Below, in pieces: positions 41,788 to 49,907 of a stretch of DNA of 49,907 nt. A program made the position numbers and the translations under genes. The DNA lies in the NCBI GenBank assembly GCA_041746575.1, contig JBGTGT010000080.1, positions 1 through 49,907 on the forward strand, in the 5' to 3' direction. The notes beneath the pieces are model-generated. The model was not told the DNA's origin and did not search any database. It was given only the letters and a program-made list of their open reading frames with translations. Position 1 is the first letter of the stretch. Each line of letters opens with the position of its first letter. Origin of the DNA: Microcystaceae cyanobacterium (lineage in GTDB: Bacteria > Cyanobacteriota > Cyanobacteriia > Cyanobacteriales > Microcystaceae).

Positions 41788-43059
41788 ATGGCCGCATCAG
41801 CATTTGTGCAAGGGGTGATAGGAGCGTCTAGTCTGGCGATAGGAGCTTCTGTAGGGGTATTTTTACGACCACATCGCATTTTTTCGGCAACAGTGATGGC
41901 TTTTGGCAGTGGAACATTAATTGCAGCCTTAGCCTTTGAAATTGCCAGTAAAGTTTTCGCCGAGTCAGGATTTTGGCCGTTGGTCATAGGTTTCACCATC
42001 GGAGGCGTTTTATTTACATTTTTTACTGAATATATTGATAATCATGGAGGATTTTTACGGAATCCTGCCTCTAGTCGTCGTTATCTCTTAGAACATCGAG
42101 AGAATAGCCCTGAAAGTGTACTAGAACGCATCTCCCACGTAGAAGTTCTTCGTCATCTTCCCGAAGCGGAAAAAAAAGCCCTTGTTGGTGTATTAAGCCC
42201 AATTTACGCTAATTCTGCTGACACTCTCTGTCGAGAGGGAGACGAAGGAGATTGTCTTTATTTTATTATCTCAGGTCAAGCCTATGTGTGGAAAGGGCAG
42301 AGAAAAATTGCCATTTTGAATGAAGGCGATATATTTGGCGAAATGTCTCTTTTGACAGGTGAACCTCGCTCAGCAACCGTGATTGCTCAAACTGACATGG
42401 AATTGTACCAACTCAATCGAGATAATTTTACCCAAGTCTTAAGTCATTCTCCTTATCTTGCTTGGGCGTTAAGTCGAGTCTTGGCGCGTCGTCTACAACG
42501 CTCGGTAGAATCTCAAGTTAAAGAAAGTCCATCCCTACAAGATTGGGAAAATCGCTTAATGGAGACCATCGAAATTGACCGATTAATCTATGAAGATCCC
42601 CAAACATTGGCAAAATTAGTTAGAAGATCTGCTCCTCTGGCGATTATGGTCGGTACACTGATTGATAATATCCCCGAAGCCTTAGTGATTGGTATGAATA
42701 GCGGACTCAATCATATCGGATGGTCATTTTTGGTAGCCGTATTTATTTCCAACTTCCCCGAAGCCTTATCCAGCGCATCCGGCATGAAACAAGCAGGCAC
42801 GCCTAGATATCACATTTTAGCCCTTTGGTACGGAGTTGTCGTTATGAGTGGCGTCATGGCCATGGGCGGCCATTGGTTACAGTATAGTACCTCAACATTA
42901 GTCATCGCGATCGCTCGAGCCACCGCCGGAGGGGCAATTTTAGCGATGTTAGCCAGTACCATGATGCCAGAAGCCTACGAACTAGGAGGCAGTTCCGTAT
43001 CCTATTCGACGATTGCCGGATTTTTAGTCGGTTTTCTCGTTGCGTCTTTAGGTTTTTAG
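41788..43059 (+). CDS. ZIP/GufA-like metal transporter with inserted cNMP-binding domain
   Basis: MAFGSG, DNIPE, SNFPE, AGGAILAM..TMMPEA. Internal EGDEGD..FGEMSLLTGEPRSATV. Confidence 0.8.
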   Translation: MAASAFVQGVIGASSLAIGASVGVFLRPHRIFSATVMAFGSGTLIAALAFEIASKVFAESGFWPLVIGFTIGGVLFTFFTEYIDNHGGFLRNPASSRRYLLEHRENSPESVLERISHVEVLRHLPEAEKKALVGVLSPIYANSADTLCREGDEGDCLYFIISGQAYVWKGQRKIAILNEGDIFGEMSLLTGEPRSATVIAQTDMELYQLNRDNFTQVLSHSPYLAWALSRVLARRLQRSVESQVKESPSLQDWENRLMETIEIDRLIYEDPQTLAKLVRRSAPLAIMVGTLIDNIPEALVIGMNSGLNHIGWSFLVAVFISNFPEALSSASGMKQAGTPRYHILALWYGVVVMSGVMAMGGHWLQYSTSTLVIAIARATAGGAILAMLASTMMPEAYELGGSSVSYSTIAGFLVGFLVASLGF

Positions 43060-43119
43060 CGATGATTAATACTACCTGCTCAAGGCGTTTTAAAGCGTTA
43101 TTTTATAATACCGTCTTCA

Positions 43120-43288
43120 GAATATTTCTGGATAGTGTGATTATTTGGCATTTTATCCCGAAAGTTTCTATCTATCCTCGGAAAATGTAGGGAAAGTTTC
43201 TGGATAACATTCCCTACAAGGGGATTATACGGAAACTTTCTGCTTTTTGTCCCATAGGGGTTGACTATCCAGAAAAAGTCGGTACAAT
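43120..43288. promoter_or_regulatory. Array of TATCCNGAAA-like motifs ending in a sigma70-like promoter
   Basis: TTTCTGGATA at 43125 and 43197, TATCCCGAAA at 43154, TATACGGAAA at 43226, TATCCAGAAA at 43266. TTGACT (43261), 16 bp spacer, TACAAT (43283). Confidence 0.5.
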
Positions 43289-43294
43289 AAATAG

Positions 43295-43384
43295 TTATGC
43301 CGCAAATCAGTATTGCTGTATTTCCTCATCCAAACCTATGACAAAGCTCACGGGGTTACATAGGTTTGGGATGATTTGGTTTTT
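43295..43384 (+). ncRNA. Candidate ~90-nt sRNA or leader ending in a strong hairpin
   Basis: Lies downstream of TACAAT. Stem CCAAACCTATG / CATAGGTTTGG followed by TTTGGTTTTT. Confidence 0.3.
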
Positions 43385-43446
43385 CCCCTAGTTTTTAGGA
43401 GAGTCAATTAAAGGGTGATCGCCAATAGATAAATTTGTTGATTTTT

Positions 43447-44263
43447 TTAAAGAATTGCTGAGAGGTCTCGATAATTTAGATAATAAATTAATAATTCAAT
43501 CGCTAAACTTAGCATTTCTTTCGATTTAGAATAACACAAAGTTTTTCGGTGTAATCTAGCTAAATAGTGTCTGAGTCGTCCGTTCTCTCCTTCTACTCTT
43601 GTCCTGTAAGTTTTACTGATGATCTGATCTCCCTTTGGGATAAATTGAGGGTACACTTTATATCCATCCGTGAGCCAAAAATAACACTTCCAACTTTTTA
43701 CTTTTAGCCACAATTTCTCAAATGTTTTGGCACTTCTATCTCCTAGTTCCCATTCTAAAATTGAAGAGTAATTTTTTCCTAAAGCTGTCCACAGACAGAT
43801 TTTATTCGTTTTTTTCTTATATATGTCTGCAATTCATCTAATTGCCCTACTAAGGGAATTTTGTAATTTTTCTTTTTTTTAATGCTTCTTTTCCAGCCTC
43901 TCTTACCCAACGGATCACTGTATTGTGATTGACTGCGGAGTTGCAGTCATCGGTACTCTGCCTTTTTAAGGCAGAGTACCGATGACCTTAGTCACTCTTT
44001 CAATTCCCCTAAATCCCCTACCATTTAAATACATTTCTAGACATTTTGCTTTGACTTCTTGAGAATAGTCTGTAGTTGAATAAGATTCTATAAATTGACG
44101 ACCACACTGTTTACACTGATAGTTTTGTTTTCCTCTACGATGACCATTTTTTCTAATGTCATGATTTCTGCATTTTGGGCAATTAATTTGATTTTCTTTC
44201 ATGGCGATCGCTGTTTAAAAAATTTCCTCTTTATCATATATCATCCCACAGGAATGCAACACC
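43447..44263 (-). mobile_element. IS1-family element, pseudogenised, left end eroded
   Basis: InsA CPKC..IRKNG.RRGKQNYQCKQCGRQF..MYLNG.GFRGIER and InsB TDGYKVY..TRVEGEN.RLRHYLARL. Putative end GGAATGCAACACC at 44251-63. Confidence 0.85.
43930..43986. repeat. Double-hairpin insertion (53 bp) in IS1 insA
   Basis: Perfect 19-bp inverted repeat 43946-64/43968-86 and 7-bp stem 43930-36/43943-49. TGAC duplicated at 43930 and 43983. Confidence 0.9.
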
Positions 44264-44268
44264 AAGCT

Positions 44269-44541
44269 CACTATTGGGACTTAAACGATAACAAGAGTAA
44301 AATTAGGGTATAATCGTTATCAGATCATAATTTCACGTCGAGATAACCCATAAGAGAGAGACAACCCCCGCAGCCATGCCACCCTGCTTTGAAAAATGGT
44401 GTCAGCGTTTCGATGATTGCTTCTCAACCAAAGCTCAGAAAACTGGGTTTAGAAATTACCTAGTCGGATTATTAGGAGAAAGTGAGCGGACAAACCTGAC
44501 CCAGATGGCGAATAATGCGGTAAGAGTAGTTTATAACCGAT
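44269..44541 (+). mobile_element. IS701-family left end and transposase N-terminal stub
   Basis: (RETTPAA)MPPCFEKWCQRFDD..FRNYL.GLLGESER.NLTQMA.N resembles cyanobacterial IS701 transposase N-termini and breaks off at about 44540. Left boundary approximate. Confidence 0.75.
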
Positions 44542-44544
44542 CAG

Positions 44545-47500
44545 ATGGTTTATCGTTTCAACACACAGAATAAAATTGCTAGTGTGCGCGATCGCTTGGG
44601 CAATACGACTCAATATATCTACAATGAGTTGGGAAATCTCCTGAAAATCATCGATCCAGTGGGATTAGAGACGACTTTTACCTATAAGGATGGTAAGGTG
44701 ACTAAAATCACCGATCCAGCTCATCGAGAGACGCTGTTAGGGTATGATTTGGCGGGAAATCTGATTAAAATTACCGATCCCGATGGCACATCTCGCACTT
44801 GGCAATATGATAGTGCGCGCCACATGATCTCGGAAACCGATCAACGAGGCAATTTTGAACAGACTTTCTATGATTTTGCTGGACGAGCCGATAGCGCAAT
44901 TCGTAAGGATGGATCTACCTTAGATTTTAACCCAGTTCAGGTACAGGGGTTATCTCAAAGGAATTTAACAACCAATCCCGTTACTGCGCCTTCTGCCTTT
45001 CAATTAGGGGCAGTTGAGTCGGTTTATGTCGATGCTAATGGCAAGAAGAAGACAACCCAGTTGGATCAGGCGGGACAGTTGGTGTCTTCCTTTGATGAGG
45101 TGGGGATGTTACCGTCAGTGGAACGCAATGAGGACAATTTAGTCACTCAATATCGGGATGCCAGAGGAAATTTGACAACGTTTACTTATGATGAGAAGGG
45201 AAATTTATTAATTCAGCAGGATTCTCTGTCGTTTGGCGGTCAATTTATTGATATTTCTCAGACGGGAACGCCGATGAGTGAGATTAATGGAGAGGATGAT
45301 GCTAGTGCTTTTGTCTCTCTTCCGTTTGTCTTTGATTTTTATGGTCGAAGTTATACACAAATTGCTGTTAGTTCTAATGGGTTACTCAGTTTTGGGGGAA
45401 CGAACAGTAGATGGGGGAATGAATCACTTGATAGTAATCCCTTTGGATTATTGGGTCTGCCTTCAATTTTACCTTTTTGGGATGATTTAGAAGCTAGCAG
45501 TGATGAGGGGGCAAATGCCTCGATTTATACTCAAGTTTTGGGAGAGGAAGGCCATCGGCAATTTGTGATTCAATGGCAGGAAATTGAGGCTTATTATTTT
45601 GGTGATGAAACGGGTGAGATTACGTTTCAAGTCATTTTAACAGAGGGAACAAATGGCCTTCAATTTAATTATTTAGATGTGGAATTTGAGGGAAATACGG
45701 ATGTTGTTCATGGTCAAGGAGCGAGTGCAACCATCGGCATTTGGAACAGTAGTAATGAGTTTCAGCAGTATAGTTATAATGAGGCGAAGTTACGGAATGG
45801 GTTATCTTTAATTGTTTCAGAATCAGGTTTTATTGAAGCAAATGGCTCTGGGGGTGGTATAGGCGGTCGTTATTATACTTATGACCCCGTTTTTAATCAA
45901 TTAACGAGTATGACGGATGAATTGGGTCGTCAAATGCTGTATGAGATTGACCCCAATAATGGCAATGTTTTGGCAATGACTCAGGTAGTTGGGGAAGTAG
46001 GGGGAAGTGATGACCTCGTTACTCAATTTACTTATACGAGTCTGGGGTTAGTGGATTTAATGAGAGATCCGTTGGGTGGAGTGACGGATTATGATTATGA
46101 TGCGATAGGAAGACAGATTAAAGTTACCTATGCTTTAGGAACTGTTGATGAGGCGTTTGTTCAGTACGAGTACGATTTAGCGGGTAATCAGACTGCGATC
46201 ATTGATGAAAATGGCAACCGAACGGAGTGGCAATATGATGCGTTAAATCGTTTGATTAAGGTCATTGAAGCTGACCCAGATGGAGAGGGAATTTTAACGT
46301 CTCCCATCACAACTTATACCTATGATGCTGATGGAAATCTATTAACGACAACCGATCCAGAAGACAATATTATCACCAATGAATATGATGTTTTAAATCG
46401 TCTAGTTAAAACGACGGATTTTCTTAATCAAGTGACTACGTTTACCTATGATTCTTTGGGGAATCTTTTATCGGTTGTTGACCCGTTAGGAAATGAAACC
46501 CAAAATATTTATGATGAGCGAAATCGTCTGATAAAAACGATTGATCCAGAGGGAGAAATTAGCCAGTTTAGCGATGATTTAGATAATAATTTAATTTCGG
46601 TCATTGATTCGGTCAATAATCAAACCACTTTTGCCTATGATGCTCGAAATCGTTTAATTCATGAGACGGATTCCTTGGGAAATACGACTTTCTATGAATA
46701 TGATGCGGTTGATAATTTAATCGCTCAAACTGACCGGAATGAGCGTCGTATTAAGTACCAATATGATGAGATTAATCGCCTAATTAATGAAAGTTGGGTA
46801 GGGACAGAACAGGTGATTAATTATAGCTACGATAAGGCGAGTAATTTGATTTCTCTTGTGGATCAATATAGTTCATTAAGCTTTAGTTATGATCAGCGCG
46901 ATCGCCTAACATCGGTTGATAATTTAAGAACTCCTAATGCGCCTCATTTGGTTCTTACTTACACTTACGATAATGTCGGGAATATGTTATCAATTCAAGA
47001 TACGATTAATGGGTTGGTTAGTGGCACAAATTCTTATAGTTATGATGGTTTAAATCGGCTGATTCAGTTAACTCAAAGTGGCAATGAGGTTAGGGAGAAA
47101 CGGGTTGACTTTGCCTATAATGCGATCGGTCAATATACTTCCCTGAATCATTATTCAGATTTAGGAGGAAATCAATTAGTTAATCATACCGGTTATAGTT
47201 ATGATTCTCTTAATCGGTTGACGAATTTAAGTCATAGTAATAGTCAGTCAGAGGTGGCTTTTTATGAGTTTGTTTATGATGCGTCGAGTCGGATTACTCG
47301 AATAACGGATAGAGATGGAGGGACAGATTATACTTATGATGACCGTAATCAGTTAACGGGAGCTAATCATAGTAATGTTAATAAATCGGATGAATCCTAT
47401 AGTTATGATGCCAACGGGAATCGAATTAGTTCTAGTGTTCATGGGGATGACTATCAGACAGGGTTAGGAAATCGGTTAACATCTGATGGGGTTTACAATT

Positions 47501-48609
47501 ATGAATATGATAATGAAGGAAATCTCATTAAACAAACAGAAATTGCCACTGGAAATATACAAGCGTTTGAATGGGATTATCGCAATCGTTTAGTGGCTGT
47601 TATTGAGCAAGATTCGGGAGAAAATGTCGTTCAGCGTGTTGAATTTACTTATGATGCTTTTGATAGACGGATTAGTAAAACAGTAGATACCAATCTTCAA
47701 GATAATCATGAAGGGATAGTGACGCATTTTGTTTATAACGGGGAGGATGTTTATCTAGAATTTGTGAATGATGATGGGGTAGCAGGCGTCAATCAATCTG
47801 TTTTAAGTCAGCGTTATTTACAGGGTGCGGGTGTTGATGAGGTTTTAGCGCAAGAGGATGGCGAAGGCAATGTTATTTGGCTGTTAACGGATCATTTAGG
47901 AACGATTCGGGATTTAGTTGATGATGAGGGAGCATTGGTTAATCATTTAGTTTATGATTCTTTTGGACAAGTAATAATAGAAACTGATCCTAATATTGAT
48001 ACTCGTTATTTGTTTACGGGACGGGAGTGGGATGAGGAAATTGGGTTATATTATTATCGAGCGAGGTATTATGATGCTGAGATAGGCAGGTTTATTGGTG
48101 AAGATCCCATTAGTTTTGCAGGAGGAGATGCTAATTTATATCGCTATGTTGGGAATAGTCCTTTAAATGCGACAGATCCAACAGGAATGATTGATGAAAA
48201 TTTACTTGAAGCATTAAGAAAAGAGCTTGATTGGTGTTATCAAAAATTTGGTACAGATAAAAATAGATTTAAACCAGATCCCGCTCCTCCTAAAAACTCA
48301 TGTGATGTTAGAGAAGAAGGATTATATCAAGATCCATATCACAAAACAAGCCTAACCAAAAATCCAGAACAATGGTTACAAAATTTTGATCGAAGAAGGG
48401 ATCTTTTTGAAAATGTATATAAAGATAATGATATCAGTCATAAAAATCATCTAAAGCAAAAGTGCAGAGAAATTGAAAAAAGAATTCGAACGTTAGAACA
48501 AGATAGAAATCGAGAAAGAAAGCCACCAAGAAATGAGTTTAAACTACCCGATATCAACTTTCCTCCTATTCCTAACCTTTTTCCTCGTCAAAGACCTAGT
48601 ATCATCTAA
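44545..48609 (+). CDS. RHS/YD-repeat polymorphic toxin, N-terminally truncated (possible pseudogene)
   Basis: Numerous YD repeats and RHS core FTGREWD..GLYYYRARYYD...GRF..EDP....G..NLYRYV.NSP....DPTG. 140-aa tip from 48187. The ORF starts mid-repeat. Confidence 0.9.
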   Translation: MVYRFNTQNKIASVRDRLGNTTQYIYNELGNLLKIIDPVGLETTFTYKDGKVTKITDPAHRETLLGYDLAGNLIKITDPDGTSRTWQYDSARHMISETDQRGNFEQTFYDFAGRADSAIRKDGSTLDFNPVQVQGLSQRNLTTNPVTAPSAFQLGAVESVYVDANGKKKTTQLDQAGQLVSSFDEVGMLPSVERNEDNLVTQYRDARGNLTTFTYDEKGNLLIQQDSLSFGGQFIDISQTGTPMSEINGEDDASAFVSLPFVFDFYGRSYTQIAVSSNGLLSFGGTNSRWGNESLDSNPFGLLGLPSILPFWDDLEASSDEGANASIYTQVLGEEGHRQFVIQWQEIEAYYFGDETGEITFQVILTEGTNGLQFNYLDVEFEGNTDVVHGQGASATIGIWNSSNEFQQYSYNEAKLRNGLSLIVSESGFIEANGSGGGIGGRYYTYDPVFNQLTSMTDELGRQMLYEIDPNNGNVLAMTQVVGEVGGSDDLVTQFTYTSLGLVDLMRDPLGGVTDYDYDAIGRQIKVTYALGTVDEAFVQYEYDLAGNQTAIIDENGNRTEWQYDALNRLIKVIEADPDGEGILTSPITTYTYDADGNLLTTTDPEDNIITNEYDVLNRLVKTTDFLNQVTTFTYDSLGNLLSVVDPLGNETQNIYDERNRLIKTIDPEGEISQFSDDLDNNLISVIDSVNNQTTFAYDARNRLIHETDSLGNTTFYEYDAVDNLIAQTDRNERRIKYQYDEINRLINESWVGTEQVINYSYDKASNLISLVDQYSSLSFSYDQRDRLTSVDNLRTPNAPHLVLTYTYDNVGNMLSIQDTINGLVSGTNSYSYDGLNRLIQLTQSGNEVREKRVDFAYNAIGQYTSLNHYSDLGGNQLVNHTGYSYDSLNRLTNLSHSNSQSEVAFYEFVYDASSRITRITDRDGGTDYTYDDRNQLTGANHSNVNKSDESYSYDANGNRISSSVHGDDYQTGLGNRLTSDGVYNYEYDNEGNLIKQTEIATGNIQAFEWDYRNRLVAVIEQDSGENVVQRVEFTYDAFDRRISKTVDTNLQDNHEGIVTHFVYNGEDVYLEFVNDDGVAGVNQSVLSQRYLQGAGVDEVLAQEDGEGNVIWLLTDHLGTIRDLVDDEGALVNHLVYDSFGQVIIETDPNIDTRYLFTGREWDEEIGLYYYRARYYDAEIGRFIGEDPISFAGGDANLYRYVGNSPLNATDPTGMIDENLLEALRKELDWCYQKFGTDKNRFKPDPAPPKNSCDVREEGLYQDPYHKTSLTKNPEQWLQNFDRRRDLFENVYKDNDISHKNHLKQKCREIEKRIRTLEQDRNRERKPPRNEFKLPDINFPPIPNLFPRQRPSII

Positions 48610-48653
48610 TATTTTTGTCACTTGTTGATTAACTATATTTGGAGTATTTAATA

Positions 48654-49487
48654 ATGACATCTCAAGAATTATTAGAACAATACGCTCAAGGAATAAGAAA
48701 CTTTCGCAGTGTTGATCTCAGAGAGTTAAAACTAACTCAAATTAATTTAACTGAATCTAATTTTGAACGTGCTATTTTGAAAAATGTTGATTTGACAGAA
48801 ACTAATTTAGAATTCACTAATTTTAATTTTGCAGATTTGAGTCATTCTGTCTTAAAAAAAACTAAATTTAGTCAATCTTGTTTAAGAAAAGCTAATTTAT
48901 ACAAATCTGATTTAAGGGAGGCTGATTTCTTAGCTGTTCAAATGTCTGGAGCTAATTTGTGTGAAGCAAATTTATATGGCATTGAGCTTTCTTTATCAAA
49001 ACTAAGGCAAGTAAATTTAAGAAGAGCTAATTTAACAAAAGCTTGTCTTTTAGAATCAGATTTATTTATGGCTGATTTAACTCAGGCTATTTTATATCAA
49101 GCAGATTTAGGAGATACAGCATTTCGTTTTGCCAATTTAACTCAAGCCAATTTACAAGAGGCAAATCTAATAGACGCAAGATTATCTGATGCTATTTTAA
49201 CTGAAGCTAACTTAACTCGCGCAATATTATACTTAGCTGATTTAAGTAGATCCAATTTAACGAATTCTCAGTTGTGTGAAAGTAATTTATGTGAAGCAGG
49301 GCTAAAAGGTACAATTTTTAGAGGAAGTAATCTTAATAGAGCTAATCTTTGGATGGCTGATTTTACAGAAGCAGATTTTACTAATGCTAACTTAACAGAT
49401 GCAACCCTTCATTTAGATGATTTTTTAAATAAAGCTATTATCAAAAATACTCAAATGCCAGATGGCACTTTTTTAACTCGCCCCTGA
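48654..49487 (+). CDS. Pentapeptide-repeat protein (candidate RHS immunity)
   Basis: Continuous A(N/D)L.. pentapeptides, N-terminal ELLEQYAQG.RNF, C-terminal NTQMPDG, GGAG RBS at 48641. Confidence 0.88.
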   Translation: MTSQELLEQYAQGIRNFRSVDLRELKLTQINLTESNFERAILKNVDLTETNLEFTNFNFADLSHSVLKKTKFSQSCLRKANLYKSDLREADFLAVQMSGANLCEANLYGIELSLSKLRQVNLRRANLTKACLLESDLFMADLTQAILYQADLGDTAFRFANLTQANLQEANLIDARLSDAILTEANLTRAILYLADLSRSNLTNSQLCESNLCEAGLKGTIFRGSNLNRANLWMADFTEADFTNANLTDATLHLDDFLNKAIIKNTQMPDGTFLTRP

Positions 49488-49532
49488 ATCAAAATGCCAA
49501 ACAGACTATGATAGTCGGTTCATTATGTTCAT

Positions 49533-49765
49533 TTACAATAATGTCGGGAATATGTTATCAATTCAAGATACGATTAATGGGTTGGTTAGTGGCACAAATT
49601 CTTATAGTTATGATGGTTTAAATCGGCTGATTCAGTTAACTCAAAGTGGCAATGAGGTGAGGGAGAAACGGGTTGATTTTGCCTATAATGCGATGGGTCA
49701 ATATATTTCCCTGAATCGTTATTCGGATTTAACCGGAAATCAATTAGTTAATCGTACCGGTTATA
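49533..49765 (+). pseudogene. Orphan RHS fragment duplicating 46965-47197
   Basis: Gapless 233-bp match at constant offset 2568, with 11 mismatches counted by eye. Confidence 0.9.
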
Positions 49766-49907
49766 TCCCTCTTCTGTCACTCTCCGAGTTTTAGGAATAA
49801 GAAATGAAGAAGTTTATCCAGAAGAGTAAAATGGTTGAAACTGATTTATGGCATTAATTAAATCATGAAAGCCTAAGCCTAAAGATGAATTAGGAAAAAC
49901 CTCTAAC

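Larger units (their letters stand above)
3859..46905. repeat. HIP1 octamer GCGATCGC, dispersed (at least 18 copies)
   Basis: Seen at 3859, 10478, 13808, 14130, 16887, 17101, 19577, 23051, 25776, 33910, 35208, 35696, 36122, 41444, 42907, 44204, 44588 and 46898. Fewer than one copy is expected by chance. Confidence 0.95.

Noticed and set aside
43338..43362. c-di-GMP-I riboswitch-like words (CAAAGC...CGGGGTTAC)
   Set aside because: The GNRA-capped P2 stem and overall architecture are missing.
43080..43440. Tn7/CAST transposon end
   Set aside because: No clear terminal TGT-type end with same-orientation TnsB sites, and no tns or cas12k genes in the window.
2014..45490. Short antisense or out-of-frame ORFs in the track (e.g. 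2014, 7607, 12415, 21832, 35116, 36020, 41760, 45278)
   Set aside because: They lie within well-supported genes and have no independent coding evidence.

Overview
Chromosomal window from a unicellular cyanobacterium (Chroococcales-like), judged from at least 18 copies of the HIP1 octamer GCGATCGC and genes such as sufR, menG and an rbp. About 7-43 kb is mostly core genes: menG, aspC, tRNA-Leu(TAG), sppA, GH57, a copper chaperone, sufR, panB, folD, argS, a non-canonical PRK paralog, folP and a MurT-like ligase. The left end (0.3-7 kb) is a c-di-GMP cluster in which a MetOD1/V4R-like gene and a frameshifted PAS-GGDEF gene converge on an operon of two AAA_35/STAND-like NTPases, one fused to GGDEF and the other to a TM helix plus 14 WD40 repeats. 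The right end (43-50 kb) holds a repeat-dense promoter with a candidate sRNA, a decayed IS1 carrying a 53-bp double-hairpin insertion, and an IS701 stub fused to an N-truncated RHS protein. That RHS protein has a nidogen-like insert and an unrecognised 140-aa tip, and is followed by a pentapeptide-repeat gene and an orphan RHS fragment. Other notable signals are a SufR operator in front of panB instead of sufB, a ZIP transporter with an inserted cNMP-binding domain, a probable pseudokinase and two copies of a MITE. All family calls come from motif recognition by eye; no searches were run.
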